Sequence record: SRR20825006_2754
Length of the DNA stretch: 36,876 nucleotides
Reading direction: 5' to 3' (one strand)
Position numbers and translations under genes: made by a program. Of this stretch, positions 1 through 9,876 are shown one piece after another (positions within the stretch are counted from its first letter, which is position 1; every line of letters begins with the position of its first letter). The notes under the pieces were generated by a model, which searched no databases, was not told the DNA's origin, and saw nothing but the letters and a program-made list of their open reading frames with translations.

Positions 1-3000
1 GATTTCTATGCCCTGGGCGGCGATTCCATCACCGGCATGCAGATCGTTGATCGCATGAATGCCGAACTTTCCTGCAATATCGGTCTTGCCGATCTGTTTG
101 AAACCCCAACGATCACCGCACTGGCCGCAAAAATATCACCATCCGTTGAAACGGCGGAACTTCCCCAGTCATCGGCAAATCCCCCAGCCGAAGAAACATC
201 TCTGCCATCGGCATCAAAACCCGTAAAGGCAGCAACAGAAACCGGGCTCAAAATCGATCCGCGCCGCGCGCCTGAAATGGAATTCTATCCGCTGGCCCCC
301 GAACAGGTTTCCGTTCTGCATGCCGAACATAGCGGCAATATGGGTACGGCCTTCAACCTGCCGCATGCCTTCATGCTTGATGACAGTATCGATCTTGATC
401 GCCTGCGCGATGCCATCTCCCGCCTGACGGAACGCCACGAAATCCTGCGTACCCGATTGATTGCCGATGGCGATGACTGGGCGATGAAAATTCTGCCACT
501 TCATGACGCCCTGCCCGATCTGACGCCGATTGAACTTGATGCTTCGCTATCACTTGAAGATGTCGGCGCGGACCTTGTCATGCCGTTCGATCTGGCAACG
601 GAAATCCCCGCGCGCTGGCGTCTGATCTGCGCTGCCAATGGTCAAAAGGCACTGTTCTTTGATATCCATCACACGGTTTGCGATGGCTTTACCATTGAAA
701 TGCTGCTGGGGGATTTGCTGGCCCTTTATCGTGGGCAGGTCTTGGCCCCACTCCCTTATCAGCTTCGCGATTACGCGTATTGGAGCCAGCAACCCGAAAG
801 CCTCAAGCGGCTTGAAACGGCACGTGATTACTGGCTTTCCCTCTATCAGGGGCCGCTTCCGAAACTGGATCTGCCGTCTGATCGCAGACGCCCGGCCTTC
901 CACAGCTTCAGGGGCGAAATCGTCGCGTTTGATATTGATCCGGCCTTGCTGAAATCGGCACGGAAATTCGCATCAGATCAACGCGTCACCATGTTCTCGC
1001 TCATGATGGCAACGTGGTTTGCCGTGCTTGGCAGGATCACCGCAACCGACGATCTGGTGATCAGCGTCCCGGTCAACCAGCGCGACGGGACGGGTTTCCG
1101 CAACGTGCCGGGCATGATGGTATCGCTTTTGCCGCTCCGCATGCAGATTGCTAATGATGAAACCTTCGCATCCCTACTGCACAAGGTGCAAAACCACCAT
1201 ATCGATGCGCTACGCCACCGGGCCTATTTCCTTGATCTGCTGCTCGATGATCTCTCGCCACCTGCCACCCCCGAACGCACCCTGCTGTCCGAAATATCCC
1301 TGTCTTACATGAACTATGCGCAGGGCGATTACGGACCGGATGATCAGGCCAAAGCCATGCTCCCCATCGGCCTTAGCCGGCAGCAATGCAAAAACGATCT
1401 GGCGATCTTTGTCCGTGATCTGCCCGAACGAATGTCCATCTCGTTTGACTATTATGCCGATATGTTCGATCAGGCGCGCATGATCGAACTCGGTCACATC
1501 TTCACAAAAACCCTGCAAAAACTGGTTACGACGGAAACTACCGCGAAAACCATACCGATTGCCGATCTTGATCTTCTGCCCGATGATCAGAAAACAAATA
1601 TCGAAATCTGGGAACAGGGTCCGCAACCGGAAACCAGCCTTGATGCGGACACGAATGCCGGGATCTTTGCGATATTCGCCAATCAGGCCTCCGTCACCCC
1701 CGATGCCCCTGCCATCCGCGATAGCAACAGCACATGGACCTTTGGGGAACTGCATGCCAAGGCGCGCGCCATTGCCCATTGCCTGCAAACTGCCGGAGTC
1801 AAACCGGGCGATCTGGTTGCGATGCATATTGAACGCGGTCGTCCGGCCATTGCGGCAATTCTTGGGATTACCGCCATCGGCGCGGGATATGTCCCGCTTG
1901 ATCCGGCCTATCCGGCGGCGCGCAATCAATTCATCCTGTCAGACAGCCGCGCCAAACTGGTTCTGGTCGATGACATCGGATATGACGCGCTTGATGCACT
2001 GTCCGAAACCGGCGGTCCATCCCCGCAACGGATAAATATCGCGGGCATTGCCCCGGCACCGGCGGACTTCACCCTGCCCGAATTGACCAACCCGGACAGT
2101 TTGCCTGCCTATATCATGTATACCTCGGGCTCGACCGGAACGCCCAAGGGGGTTCTGATCGAACAGGGGGCCGTGCATCGGCTGGCATTTGGGGCGGATT
2201 ACGCCAAAATCGTCGCTGGTGATGTGGTGGCACAGGCGGGGCCGCTGGCATTTGATGCCTCGACCTTTGAAATCTGGGCGACCTTGCTGCGTGGGGCGGA
2301 AATCGCCGTAATTGACCGGGATGACCTGCTTGATCCGGCCAAATTCGGCGATGCTCTGTCGCAATTTGGTGTCGCGAAAATGTTCATGAGTGTCGGCCTG
2401 TTCAACCGTCAGGTCGATCATGATCCCCGCACCCTTGCCGGACTTGATATCCTGATGATCGGCGGGGATGCCATCAGCAAACAGCATGTCAGAACCTTTA
2501 TCGCCACCTGCCCCGATGTCACGGTTCTGAACGGCTATGGTCCGACCGAAAGCACCACCTTTGCCGTTGTCGGCCCGATCGCCGAAAATGATCTGTCGGG
2601 CGATACCGATGCCACCATTATCGGCAAACCGATCCCCTTCACCAAAACCCTGATCCTTGATCAGAACGGTCAACGCGCGCCCGTCGGCGTCTGGGGCGAA
2701 TTGATGATTGGCGGCTCACGGCTGGCGCGCGAATACTGGCAACGCCCCGACCTGACCCGCGAACGGTTCATCCCCGATCCCGATCAGCCGGGCCAACGGC
2801 TCTATCGCACCGGTGACCTTGCCCGCTGGACCCGCGATGGCCGGATCGAATTTGGCGGCCGCCATGACAATCAGATCAAATTGCGCGGTTTCCGCATCGA
2901 ACTGGATGAAATCGAACAGCAGCTTCAATCCGCACCCGGCATCAAAAATGCCGTTGCCCTGTTTGATGCCACCGCGCCTGACGGCGGGGCAATCATCGGC

Positions 3001-4824
3001 TGTATTCAGACGACACAGGATCAGGATATCGATATCCCTGCCCTGATGACGTGGCTTGGCACACATCTGCCAGGCTACATGATCCCGGCGAAATGGCATA
3101 TCGTCGATACCATCCCGATCACCGCCAATGGCAAGGTGGATCGCAAGGCATTGCTCGAAACGGTGCGCACGCAATCAAGTGCGCTGGCCCTTGACGGCGG
3201 CACAGATACCCCGCCCGCCACCCCGGCCGAGGAACTGGTTGCCGATATCTTTACCGAGGTTTTCGCAAACCCCATCCGTAACCGCCACGCAAGCTTCACC
3301 CAGCTTGGCGGTCACAGTCTGATGGCAATCCGGATCGTAAACCGCATTGCGGACCGGACCGGCAAACGCATCAGCATGGCCGGCTTCTTTGCCGATCCAA
3401 CGGTTGCGGGGCTGGCCCGCCATATCGAAAATGCCACCATTGATATCGCCGCCACCGGTAATGGCCAAATCCCGCGCGCCCCGGCAATGGAATATTACCC
3501 GGCCAGCCACGCGCAAAAACGGCTTTATCTGCTCTCAAAGATGGACGGCAACAGCGGTGCCTATGGCATGCTTTATGTCTTCCGCTGCACCGGTGATTTG
3601 CGGGCCGATATCCTGCAATCCGCCCTGACCCGTCTGGTGGACCGTCATGAAACATTGCGCACGGGCTTTGCCGAACAGGACGGCACGATCACGCAGAAAA
3701 TCCACGCCACCACGCCGCCTGCCGTCGCGTTTGATGATCTTTCCGGTCATGGCGATCCGGCCCGCGAAGCCCTTCGCCTGACACGGCTTGAAGCCGCAAC
3801 ACCGGTCATCCTTGACCAGCCGCCCCTGATCCGCGGGCGTGTGATCAAGGTGGCGGCAAATGAATGCCTGATGATCCTGATGACCCATCATATTGTCGGC
3901 GATGGCTGGTCTTCGCGCATCCTGATCAATGAACTTGGCGCGCTTTATGACGCCGTTGTCCATGAACGGAACGCTGCCCTGCCGCAACTTCCGATCACGT
4001 ATAAGGATTTCGCCCATTGGCAATCCAAACAGAACTGGGCCGATGCCGCCGATTACTGGCGTCAACAGCTTGCCAATGCCCCGGAACAGATCAATCTGCC
4101 AACGGATCGCCCTGTACCGGAAAAACAATCCTTCCGCGGCGCGCATGTACATCTTGCCCTGCCCGATGATGTTTTATCGGGCCTGCATCGGCTTGCCAGC
4201 CTGAACAAAACAACCCTGTCATCGGTTGGTCTGTCGCTGTTTTCCGCCGTGCTCTATCGCCTGACGCGCCAAACCGATATGGTCATCGGCATGGGCGTTG
4301 CCGGGCGCGAACGCATGGAAACCGAAGGCCTGATCGGCTTCTTCGTCAATGTCCTGCCGATCCGCATGCAGCTTGACGACGACACCGATCTTGGCGATCT
4401 GATCCGTACCACCCATATCAATATTGCCAATGCGCTGGACCGGCAGGATTTCCCGTTTGATGAACTGGTCCGGGCCGTCGCGCCAAAACGCAAATCCAAC
4501 CGTCAGCCACTGGTAAATGTGGTGTTCGAATATCAGCGCTTCGAAGCCGTAAGCGGATTGGCGCAAAACGGCTGGGCTCAATCCGGCCTGCCGTTACTTG
4601 CCCCCGATGCTACGGGCATCCTGCCATCCAATATGGATGCCTTTGTCGATAACACGACGGCCAAACATGACATCATTCTGTTCCTGACCGAAGAAGCCGG
4701 TCAGGCACGCTTCACCCTTGAATATGATACCGATCTGTTCGATGCGGAAACCATGCAGCGCTGGTTGGCCTTCCTTGGCAAATTCGCCGCTGCTGCCGCA
4801 CAAAATGCCCAAAGGGACGCATAA
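1..4824 (+). CDS. ttcB: Multimodular NRPS(/PKS) subunit, 5' truncated by the window: T-C-A-T-C; probable thalassospiramide synthetase
   Basis: The frame is open from base 1 (DFYALGGDSITG, a carrier-domain Ser motif), so ATG 37 is internal. C-domain motifs HHTVCDG (~667) and HHIVGDG (~3886). A-domain motifs AYIMYTSGSTGTPKG, NGYGPTE, YRTGD, QIKLRGFRIEL, NGKVDR. T motif QLGGHSL. Manual specificity code DAFFMGGTFK is Val/Ile-like. The NRPS call is firm; the ttcB symbol is inferred from recalled cluster architecture. Confidence 0.9.
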   Translation, partial: DFYALGGDSITGMQIVDRMNAELSCNIGLADLFETPTITALAAKISPSVETAELPQSSANPPAEETSLPSASKPVKAATETGLKIDPRRAPEMEFYPLAPEQVSVLHAEHSGNMGTAFNLPHAFMLDDSIDLDRLRDAISRLTERHEILRTRLIADGDDWAMKILPLHDALPDLTPIELDASLSLEDVGADLVMPFDLATEIPARWRLICAANGQKALFFDIHHTVCDGFTIEMLLGDLLALYRGQVLAPLPYQLRDYAYWSQQPESLKRLETARDYWLSLYQGPLPKLDLPSDRRRPAFHSFRGEIVAFDIDPALLKSARKFASDQRVTMFSLMMATWFAVLGRITATDDLVISVPVNQRDGTGFRNVPGMMVSLLPLRMQIANDETFASLLHKVQNHHIDALRHRAYFLDLLLDDLSPPATPERTLLSEISLSYMNYAQGDYGPDDQAKAMLPIGLSRQQCKNDLAIFVRDLPERMSISFDYYADMFDQARMIELGHIFTKTLQKLVTTETTAKTIPIADLDLLPDDQKTNIEIWEQGPQPETSLDADTNAGIFAIFANQASVTPDAPAIRDSNSTWTFGELHAKARAIAHCLQTAGVKPGDLVAMHIERGRPAIAAILGITAIGAGYVPLDPAYPAARNQFILSDSRAKLVLVDDIGYDALDALSETGGPSPQRINIAGIAPAPADFTLPELTNPDSLPAYIMYTSGSTGTPKGVLIEQGAVHRLAFGADYAKIVAGDVVAQAGPLAFDASTFEIWATLLRGAEIAVIDRDDLLDPAKFGDALSQFGVAKMFMSVGLFNRQVDHDPRTLAGLDILMIGGDAISKQHVRTFIATCPDVTVLNGYGPTESTTFAVVGPIAENDLSGDTDATIIGKPIPFTKTLILDQNGQRAPVGVWGELMIGGSRLAREYWQRPDLTRERFIPDPDQPGQRLYRTGDLARWTRDGRIEFGGRHDNQIKLRGFRIELDEIEQQLQSAPGIKNAVALFDATAPDGGAIIGCIQTTQDQDIDIPALMTWLGTHLPGYMIPAKWHIVDTIPITANGKVDRKALLETVRTQSSALALDGGTDTPPATPAEELVADIFTEVFANPIRNRHASFTQLGGHSLMAIRIVNRIADRTGKRISMAGFFADPTVAGLARHIENATIDIAATGNGQIPRAPAMEYYPASHAQKRLYLLSKMDGNSGAYGMLYVFRCTGDLRADILQSALTRLVDRHETLRTGFAEQDGTITQKIHATTPPAVAFDDLSGHGDPAREALRLTRLEAATPVILDQPPLIRGRVIKVAANECLMILMTHHIVGDGWSSRILINELGALYDAVVHERNAALPQLPITYKDFAHWQSKQNWADAADYWRQQLANAPEQINLPTDRPVPEKQSFRGAHVHLALPDDVLSGLHRLASLNKTTLSSVGLSLFSAVLYRLTRQTDMVIGMGVAGRERMETEGLIGFFVNVLPIRMQLDDDTDLGDLIRTTHINIANALDRQDFPFDELVRAVAPKRKSNRQPLVNVVFEYQRFEAVSGLAQNGWAQSGLPLLAPDATGILPSNMDAFVDNTTAKHDIILFLTEEAGQARFTLEYDTDLFDAETMQRWLAFLGKFAAAAAQNAQRDA

Positions 4825-7800
4825 TGAAAATCGCCGATTTCGATTTCGAAACCCTCGATACACCACCCGGGGCAGACAACCAACCCGATCTCCAGCCATT
4901 GGCAACAACCGGCAGCATCACCGATCGGTTTGCGAAGATTGCCGCGGCTCATCCGCATCGCATCGCAACCCGCGATGAAACCGGCGAAATCAGCTATGCC
5001 GGACTGGACCGCCAAAGCAATCGTATCGCGCATTTCATTGCCGGACTTAACCTGCCCGTCGGCTCGCTTGTCGGTGTGATGACCGGGCGCAACCGCCATT
5101 ACATCGCAGCAACCCTTGGCGTCCTGAAGGCAGGCCTCGCCTTTGTGCCGCTTGATCCGAATGTGCCGCTGATCCGCCGCACCACACTGGTCCGCAATGC
5201 AGCGCTACCGCTGATCATATCCGAAGGCGCTCATATCGGCGATCTGCACCAGTTGCAGTGGCGCTGCAAAACCGTCACCGATATTCTATGCCTTGACCAT
5301 GACGATATCGATACCCTGACGGAAAATCACGGCTCCCTGATGTCGGTCGAACTGTGGGATCATCTGGCGGGTGACGATGCCGACAACATTCTGGCGGGTG
5401 GCTGGAAAAGTGCATTCACCGGGCAACCAATTGCACAAAGTGCCATGGATGCCTTCGGGGCAAATGCGCGGAACAAGGTCGCCGGTCTGGTATCGCGCGA
5501 TGCCCGTGTGCTTGAAATCGGCTGTGCGTCCGGCTTCACCATGAAACACGTCGCTCCCGTGGTCGGCACCTATGTCGCGACCGATCTGTCGCGCCGCAAC
5601 GTCGAACGGACCGAGGCCCTGGCGATCAATCTTGGCATGACCCATGTCATCGGTCGGCAGCTTGGCGCACATGATATCGATGTTTATGAACCGGGCTCAT
5701 TCGACCTGATCATTATGAACAGCGTCATCGAAAACTTCCCCGGCTACGGTTATCTGCGAACCGTCCTGGCAAAGGCAAAAAACCTGCTCGCCCCCGGCGG
5801 GGCCATTTATCTTGGCAATGTCTGGGATGCGGATCGCCGCGATGATTACCTTGCCGATCTGGCGCAGTTTGCCCGTGACACGGCGGGCAAAGGCTACAAC
5901 ACCCGTCTCGATTTCCTCGAAGACCTGTTTGTCCCTCAATGCTTCCTTGAAGACTGGGCACGCGAACAGGGCGGCTTTGCCGCCAAACGATCCGCAATCG
6001 ATGCGGACGGGTTCGACCCGGCCCCCTACACATTCGATTTCGTCCTGACAACGGATGCGGCCCAACAGCCCGCCCCGTCGCAAAAACGACGCCACGATCT
6101 GGCCGCCCTGAATGCCGCAAGTGATGCGCACACTGCAAGCATCACCAACGCAAACGATCTTGCCTATGTCCTGTTCACCAGCGGCACCACCGGCACGCCC
6201 AAAGGTGTTCAGATCGAACATGGCTCGGTTGTAAACCTGGCCCAGTCGGTTCTTGATACGCAGTTAAAACAGATCGGTGCCGATGATCCGGACCGCGTCC
6301 TGAACCTGACCTGTATCGCGCCCTTTGCCTTTGACGGCTCCATCGTTCAGATTTTCGCCGCCATCCTGAACGGGCATTGCCTGAACATCACCGGATCGGC
6401 TACGCGAAGCGACCCCGAAGCCCTGCATAACCTGATGGTTGCCAACGCCATTGATCAGCTTGACGCAACGCCAAGCCTGTTTTCCCTGCTGCTCGACTAC
6501 TGGGAAGAAAACAGGCTTTCCTGCCCGGCAAGGATGGTGGTTCTGGGCGGCGAAGCCGTGTCCACCCGAATGGTCGAACGTTTCTTTGCCCTGCCCGGCC
6601 AGACCGACCGCAAACTGGTCAATGCCTATGGCCCGACAGAATGCTGCGTTTCATCGGCGCAATATGTGATGACCGCGCACAACCATAAACAGATTCTGCC
6701 GCCCCCCATCGGCAAGGCCATTCAGGGCGTTCATATTGAAATCTGCGACGATATGGGCCGTCCGTTACCCGATGGGGTTCCGGGCGAAATCCGCATTGGC
6801 GGTGCCGGTGTCGCGCGCGGCTATCTGAACGACCCGGCCCTGACCGCACAGAAATTTGTCACCGATCCCAACGGCAAACGGTTCTATCGCAGCGGCGATA
6901 TGGGCCGACGGCGCAGTGACGGTGAAATCATTTTCCTTGGCCGTGAAGACGGTCAGATCAAGGTCCGCGGCAACCGCATCGAACTGGGCGAAGTCGAACA
7001 TGCCCTGCTCGCCCATCCCCATATCCGCCGTGCGGCCGTGGTGGCCCATGACCGTCACCAGAACGGCAATGTTGTTCTGGTCGCCTATGTCGTCACCGAT
7101 GACGATGCCCATGCCGATTTCGATGTCGCGGCATGCCGGGCAAAACTTGAACAGGCCCTGCCGAACTATATGGTGCCCAACCACCTGATCACGATGGATG
7201 ACCTGCCGCTGACCGTAAATGGCAAGATCGATCTTTCACGCCTTCCCATCCCCGAAAATACCGATCATGCCACAAGCACCACCGCAAAGCCGCTTGGCAG
7301 CGACCATGAACGCACCGTTGCCCGCCTGATGGGCGAAGTCCTTGATTGCACTGTGGATGACGCCACCGCCGATTTCTTTGAACTCGGCGGTCACAGTGTT
7401 CTTGCGGTTCAGTTCCTGTCAAAAATCAACAAGGTTACCAACGTCAAAATCCCGCTCGGTGATCTGTTTACCTGTGCCTCGGTCGAAAAACTCGCCGCGC
7501 GCATTTCCGAACGCGAAAACGAAAGTGACGCCAAAAGCCCGATTGTCACTGTCAATGCTGCGGGTACCAAACCACCGATGATCTGCTTCCATCCGGTCGG
7601 CGGCAATGTGCTGTGCTATCAAAACCTTGCCCGTGAATTCGGCCCCGATCAGCCACTTTACATGGTCGAAGCCCAAGGCCTCGAAGAAGGCCAGAATTTG
7701 CAGCCAACGGTCGAGGAAATGGTGGCCGCCTACATGCCCGCCATCCGCGAAACCGTTCCCGACGGCCCGATTCATGTCATCGGATGGAGCTTCGGCGGAT

Positions 7801-8345
7801 TGCTGGCGTTTGAGGCCGCCTTCCGCATGCAGCAGGCCGGCATTGATGTACGCAATATCATCCTGCTCGATGCGATTGCCGTGCCCGATGCGGTCCGTGC
7901 CATCCTGCGCAAGGGCGAGGCAGAATATCTTGCCGATATCTTTGCCGAGCTCGGCCTTGTCACGGTTGACGAATTGCGTCCGTTAACGCCTGAGGAACGC
8001 ATCGACCTGTTGCTCGAACGCGGCAAGAATTGCGACCTTCTGCCCGACGAGGCAGATCGCGGCACCATGCGCCGCCTGCTCGCCGTGTTCCAGAATAACG
8101 CACTCGCCGCCGTCCATTATGTCCCGCCGAAAATTGACGGGATTGATGTCCTGCTGCTGCGTCCGACAACCGGAACCCGCGCCGCACCCAGCATCGAAGG
8201 CGATCAATATAGCGGCTGGCAAAAGGTCGCGGGCGACAATCTGACCCTTGAATGGGTCAGCGGCACCCACGGATCGATGATGTTCGATCCCCATGTGATC
8301 GAAGTCGCCGAACGCATCCGCCTTCATATTGAAAAAAAGCTCTAA
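4824..8345 (+). CDS. ttcC: Terminal NRPS protein: A domain interrupted by an N-methyltransferase, then T and TE
   Basis: TAATG overlap with the upstream gene. a2 motif LKAGLAFVPLDP, then MT motifs GWKSAFTGQP, VLEIGCASG and NSVIENFP, then a3 LAYVLFTSGTTGTPKG, NAYGPTE, YRSGD, NGKID. T motif FFELGGHSV. TE motif GWSFGG with C-terminal GTHGSM. Symbol inferred from architecture. Confidence 0.9.
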   Translation: MKIADFDFETLDTPPGADNQPDLQPLATTGSITDRFAKIAAAHPHRIATRDETGEISYAGLDRQSNRIAHFIAGLNLPVGSLVGVMTGRNRHYIAATLGVLKAGLAFVPLDPNVPLIRRTTLVRNAALPLIISEGAHIGDLHQLQWRCKTVTDILCLDHDDIDTLTENHGSLMSVELWDHLAGDDADNILAGGWKSAFTGQPIAQSAMDAFGANARNKVAGLVSRDARVLEIGCASGFTMKHVAPVVGTYVATDLSRRNVERTEALAINLGMTHVIGRQLGAHDIDVYEPGSFDLIIMNSVIENFPGYGYLRTVLAKAKNLLAPGGAIYLGNVWDADRRDDYLADLAQFARDTAGKGYNTRLDFLEDLFVPQCFLEDWAREQGGFAAKRSAIDADGFDPAPYTFDFVLTTDAAQQPAPSQKRRHDLAALNAASDAHTASITNANDLAYVLFTSGTTGTPKGVQIEHGSVVNLAQSVLDTQLKQIGADDPDRVLNLTCIAPFAFDGSIVQIFAAILNGHCLNITGSATRSDPEALHNLMVANAIDQLDATPSLFSLLLDYWEENRLSCPARMVVLGGEAVSTRMVERFFALPGQTDRKLVNAYGPTECCVSSAQYVMTAHNHKQILPPPIGKAIQGVHIEICDDMGRPLPDGVPGEIRIGGAGVARGYLNDPALTAQKFVTDPNGKRFYRSGDMGRRRSDGEIIFLGREDGQIKVRGNRIELGEVEHALLAHPHIRRAAVVAHDRHQNGNVVLVAYVVTDDDAHADFDVAACRAKLEQALPNYMVPNHLITMDDLPLTVNGKIDLSRLPIPENTDHATSTTAKPLGSDHERTVARLMGEVLDCTVDDATADFFELGGHSVLAVQFLSKINKVTNVKIPLGDLFTCASVEKLAARISERENESDAKSPIVTVNAAGTKPPMICFHPVGGNVLCYQNLAREFGPDQPLYMVEAQGLEEGQNLQPTVEEMVAAYMPAIRETVPDGPIHVIGWSFGGLLAFEAAFRMQQAGIDVRNIILLDAIAVPDAVRAILRKGEAEYLADIFAELGLVTVDELRPLTPEERIDLLLERGKNCDLLPDEADRGTMRRLLAVFQNNALAAVHYVPPKIDGIDVLLLRPTTGTRAAPSIEGDQYSGWQKVAGDNLTLEWVSGTHGSMMFDPHVIEVAERIRLHIEKKL

Positions 8346-9115
8346 CCCCAGAGCATGCTTGAGAGCAGGCTTGCCGGATCGAACTCCGTTTGATCCGGCA
8401 ATGTCAGGCCAAGCCACCCCTGCGCACCGGGCCAGATGAGGGTGCGATACTGGCCGAAATTGGCATACCGCACCTCAAAACAGGCCCCCTTGCGATCAAT
8501 TGATGACGGCGCGTAAAGTTCAAGCGGCGTCATCATCCCCGTGGTAATGGTCTTGGCCAGGCTTTCGCGCGCCACCCAAAGCAGGCAGGCCGCCCCGTGG
8601 TCGTCAAGATCATGGGCACGGATCATGTCCCGCACGTCGGGGGCGATCCCGTCAAGAATTGCGGGCACATCCGTGATCGTCGGCAGATCGACATCAATGC
8701 CCAACGGATGGGCACGATGAAAAACAAGGGCAACCGCAAACCGATCCGAATGCGACAGCGAAACCGACATGCCCTGCAAATCATCCCCGCCGCCAACAAT
8801 TATCGGCTGATCAAACACCCCCGATCCTATTTCAATCGATTGCGGATCAATCCCCGGAAAATACGCGCTCAACGCCGCCTTCGCCGCCAACCGTCCATGA
8901 ATAAAACTTTTCCGGCGGCGATCATGCCGGAACCCCGCCAATCGGGTCTTTTCGGCGTCGTTCAACTGGCTTTCTGCCAGTGCGGTGCACCTGGCATCGT
9001 CAAGCCCCTCCAGATCAATAACCGCCAACACCGCGCGCAGGATATCGGACGGTGCAAATGTTCCTGTGCCTTTCGGGCGCTGGAACATAAGGCGATGGGT
9101 TGTGATCGGGAACAT
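8342..9115 (-). CDS. ttcD: Sfp-type 4'-phosphopantetheinyl transferase
   Basis: Motifs RRKSFIHGRLAAK, SVSLSHS, LGIDVD, WVARESLAK. AAAAGG RBS upstream. Stop codon overlaps that of the convergent NRPS gene. Symbol inferred from position. Confidence 0.85.
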   Translation of the reverse strand: MFPITTHRLMFQRPKGTGTFAPSDILRAVLAVIDLEGLDDARCTALAESQLNDAEKTRLAGFRHDRRRKSFIHGRLAAKAALSAYFPGIDPQSIEIGSGVFDQPIIVGGGDDLQGMSVSLSHSDRFAVALVFHRAHPLGIDVDLPTITDVPAILDGIAPDVRDMIRAHDLDDHGAACLLWVARESLAKTITTGMMTPLELYAPSSIDRKGACFEVRYANFGQYRTLIWPGAQGWLGLTLPDQTEFDPASLLSSMLWG

Positions 9116-9149
9116 CCGGGTGGCCTTTTATGCATCATCAACAACAGAC

Positions 9150-9184
9150 AAAAAAGAATGCCCAAAGCACGCTTTGGGCATTCT
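9150..9184 (-). terminator. Intrinsic (rho-independent) terminator of the DUF697/SPFH operon
   Basis: Perfect inverted repeat AGAATGCCCAAAGC-AC-GCTTTGGGCATTCT (9155-9184) followed on the minus strand by a T run, about 30 nt after the stop at 9215. Confidence 0.85.
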
Positions 9185-9214
9185 CGAAATATGGTCTGAA
9201 AACCCGACGATCAA

Positions 9215-9775
9215 TCAGGCTTTGGCGGTCGTTGCACCCGCTGCCGGTTTGGCCGTGGTTTTGCCGCCTTTGACAAATTCGGACGCCTTGCGTTTGCCGT
9301 CTTCGAATTCGTCCTTGAAACGACCCTTCATTTCATCGGCATCGAAATCATCAACCGTTCCGCCCTTGGCAAAGTGCCAGGCAAAAACACGCCCCAGCGC
9401 ATAGGTGCAGGCACCAGCAAAGGTCGGCATTGCGACAACGCCAAAGATCGTGCCAACAACCGGAACCTTGCGAACCAGTGCCGCCGTTGCATAACCGACA
9501 CCGGTCATCGGCAGGACCGTTGCAACTAGGGTCGAAATCGAACTCTTGATCGCGTTCTCAGAGAACGGAACACCGTAAATGTCGCAAAGCTTTGCAAGCA
9601 TCCGCACCTGGATCGTGCTGCTGGTGGCCATTTCAAGGAACGGGATCGGGACAAGACCACCAACCGCAGCATAAACGCTATGACGATGGATGCAGTCACG
9701 GGACTGGGCACGAATTTCATCCGCCTTCGCGACGGCCACTTCTTCAGTCTCTTCGATGGTTTCTGCTTCGCTCAT
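9215..9775 (-). CDS. DUF697/YcjF-like small membrane-associated protein (copy 1)
   Basis: GGLVPIPFLE...IQVRMLAKLCDIYGVPFS...TYALGRVF pattern. Start moved to ATG 9775 (MSEAE) with AAGAGG RBS. Confidence 0.75.
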   Translation of the reverse strand: MSEAETIEETEEVAVAKADEIRAQSRDCIHRHSVYAAVGGLVPIPFLEMATSSTIQVRMLAKLCDIYGVPFSENAIKSSISTLVATVLPMTGVGYATAALVRKVPVVGTIFGVVAMPTFAGACTYALGRVFAWHFAKGGTVDDFDADEMKGRFKDEFEDGKRKASEFVKGGKTTAKPAAGATTAKA

Positions 9776-9876
9776 TATCGCCTCTTGAATTTGTACCTGT
9801 AAGTTGATGGTCTGCACGCAAAATCTATTCTTCAACTTTACCTGAACTAACCTGAAGTAGCAACGTGCAACACCCT

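Noticed and set aside
37-39. ATG 37 as the NRPS start
   Set aside because: The frame is open upstream and encodes the carrier-domain GGDS motif, so the gene starts before the window.
9840-9857. Short direct repeat ACCTGAA x2 between the SPFH and DUF697 genes
   Set aside because: Too short to distinguish from chance without conservation data.
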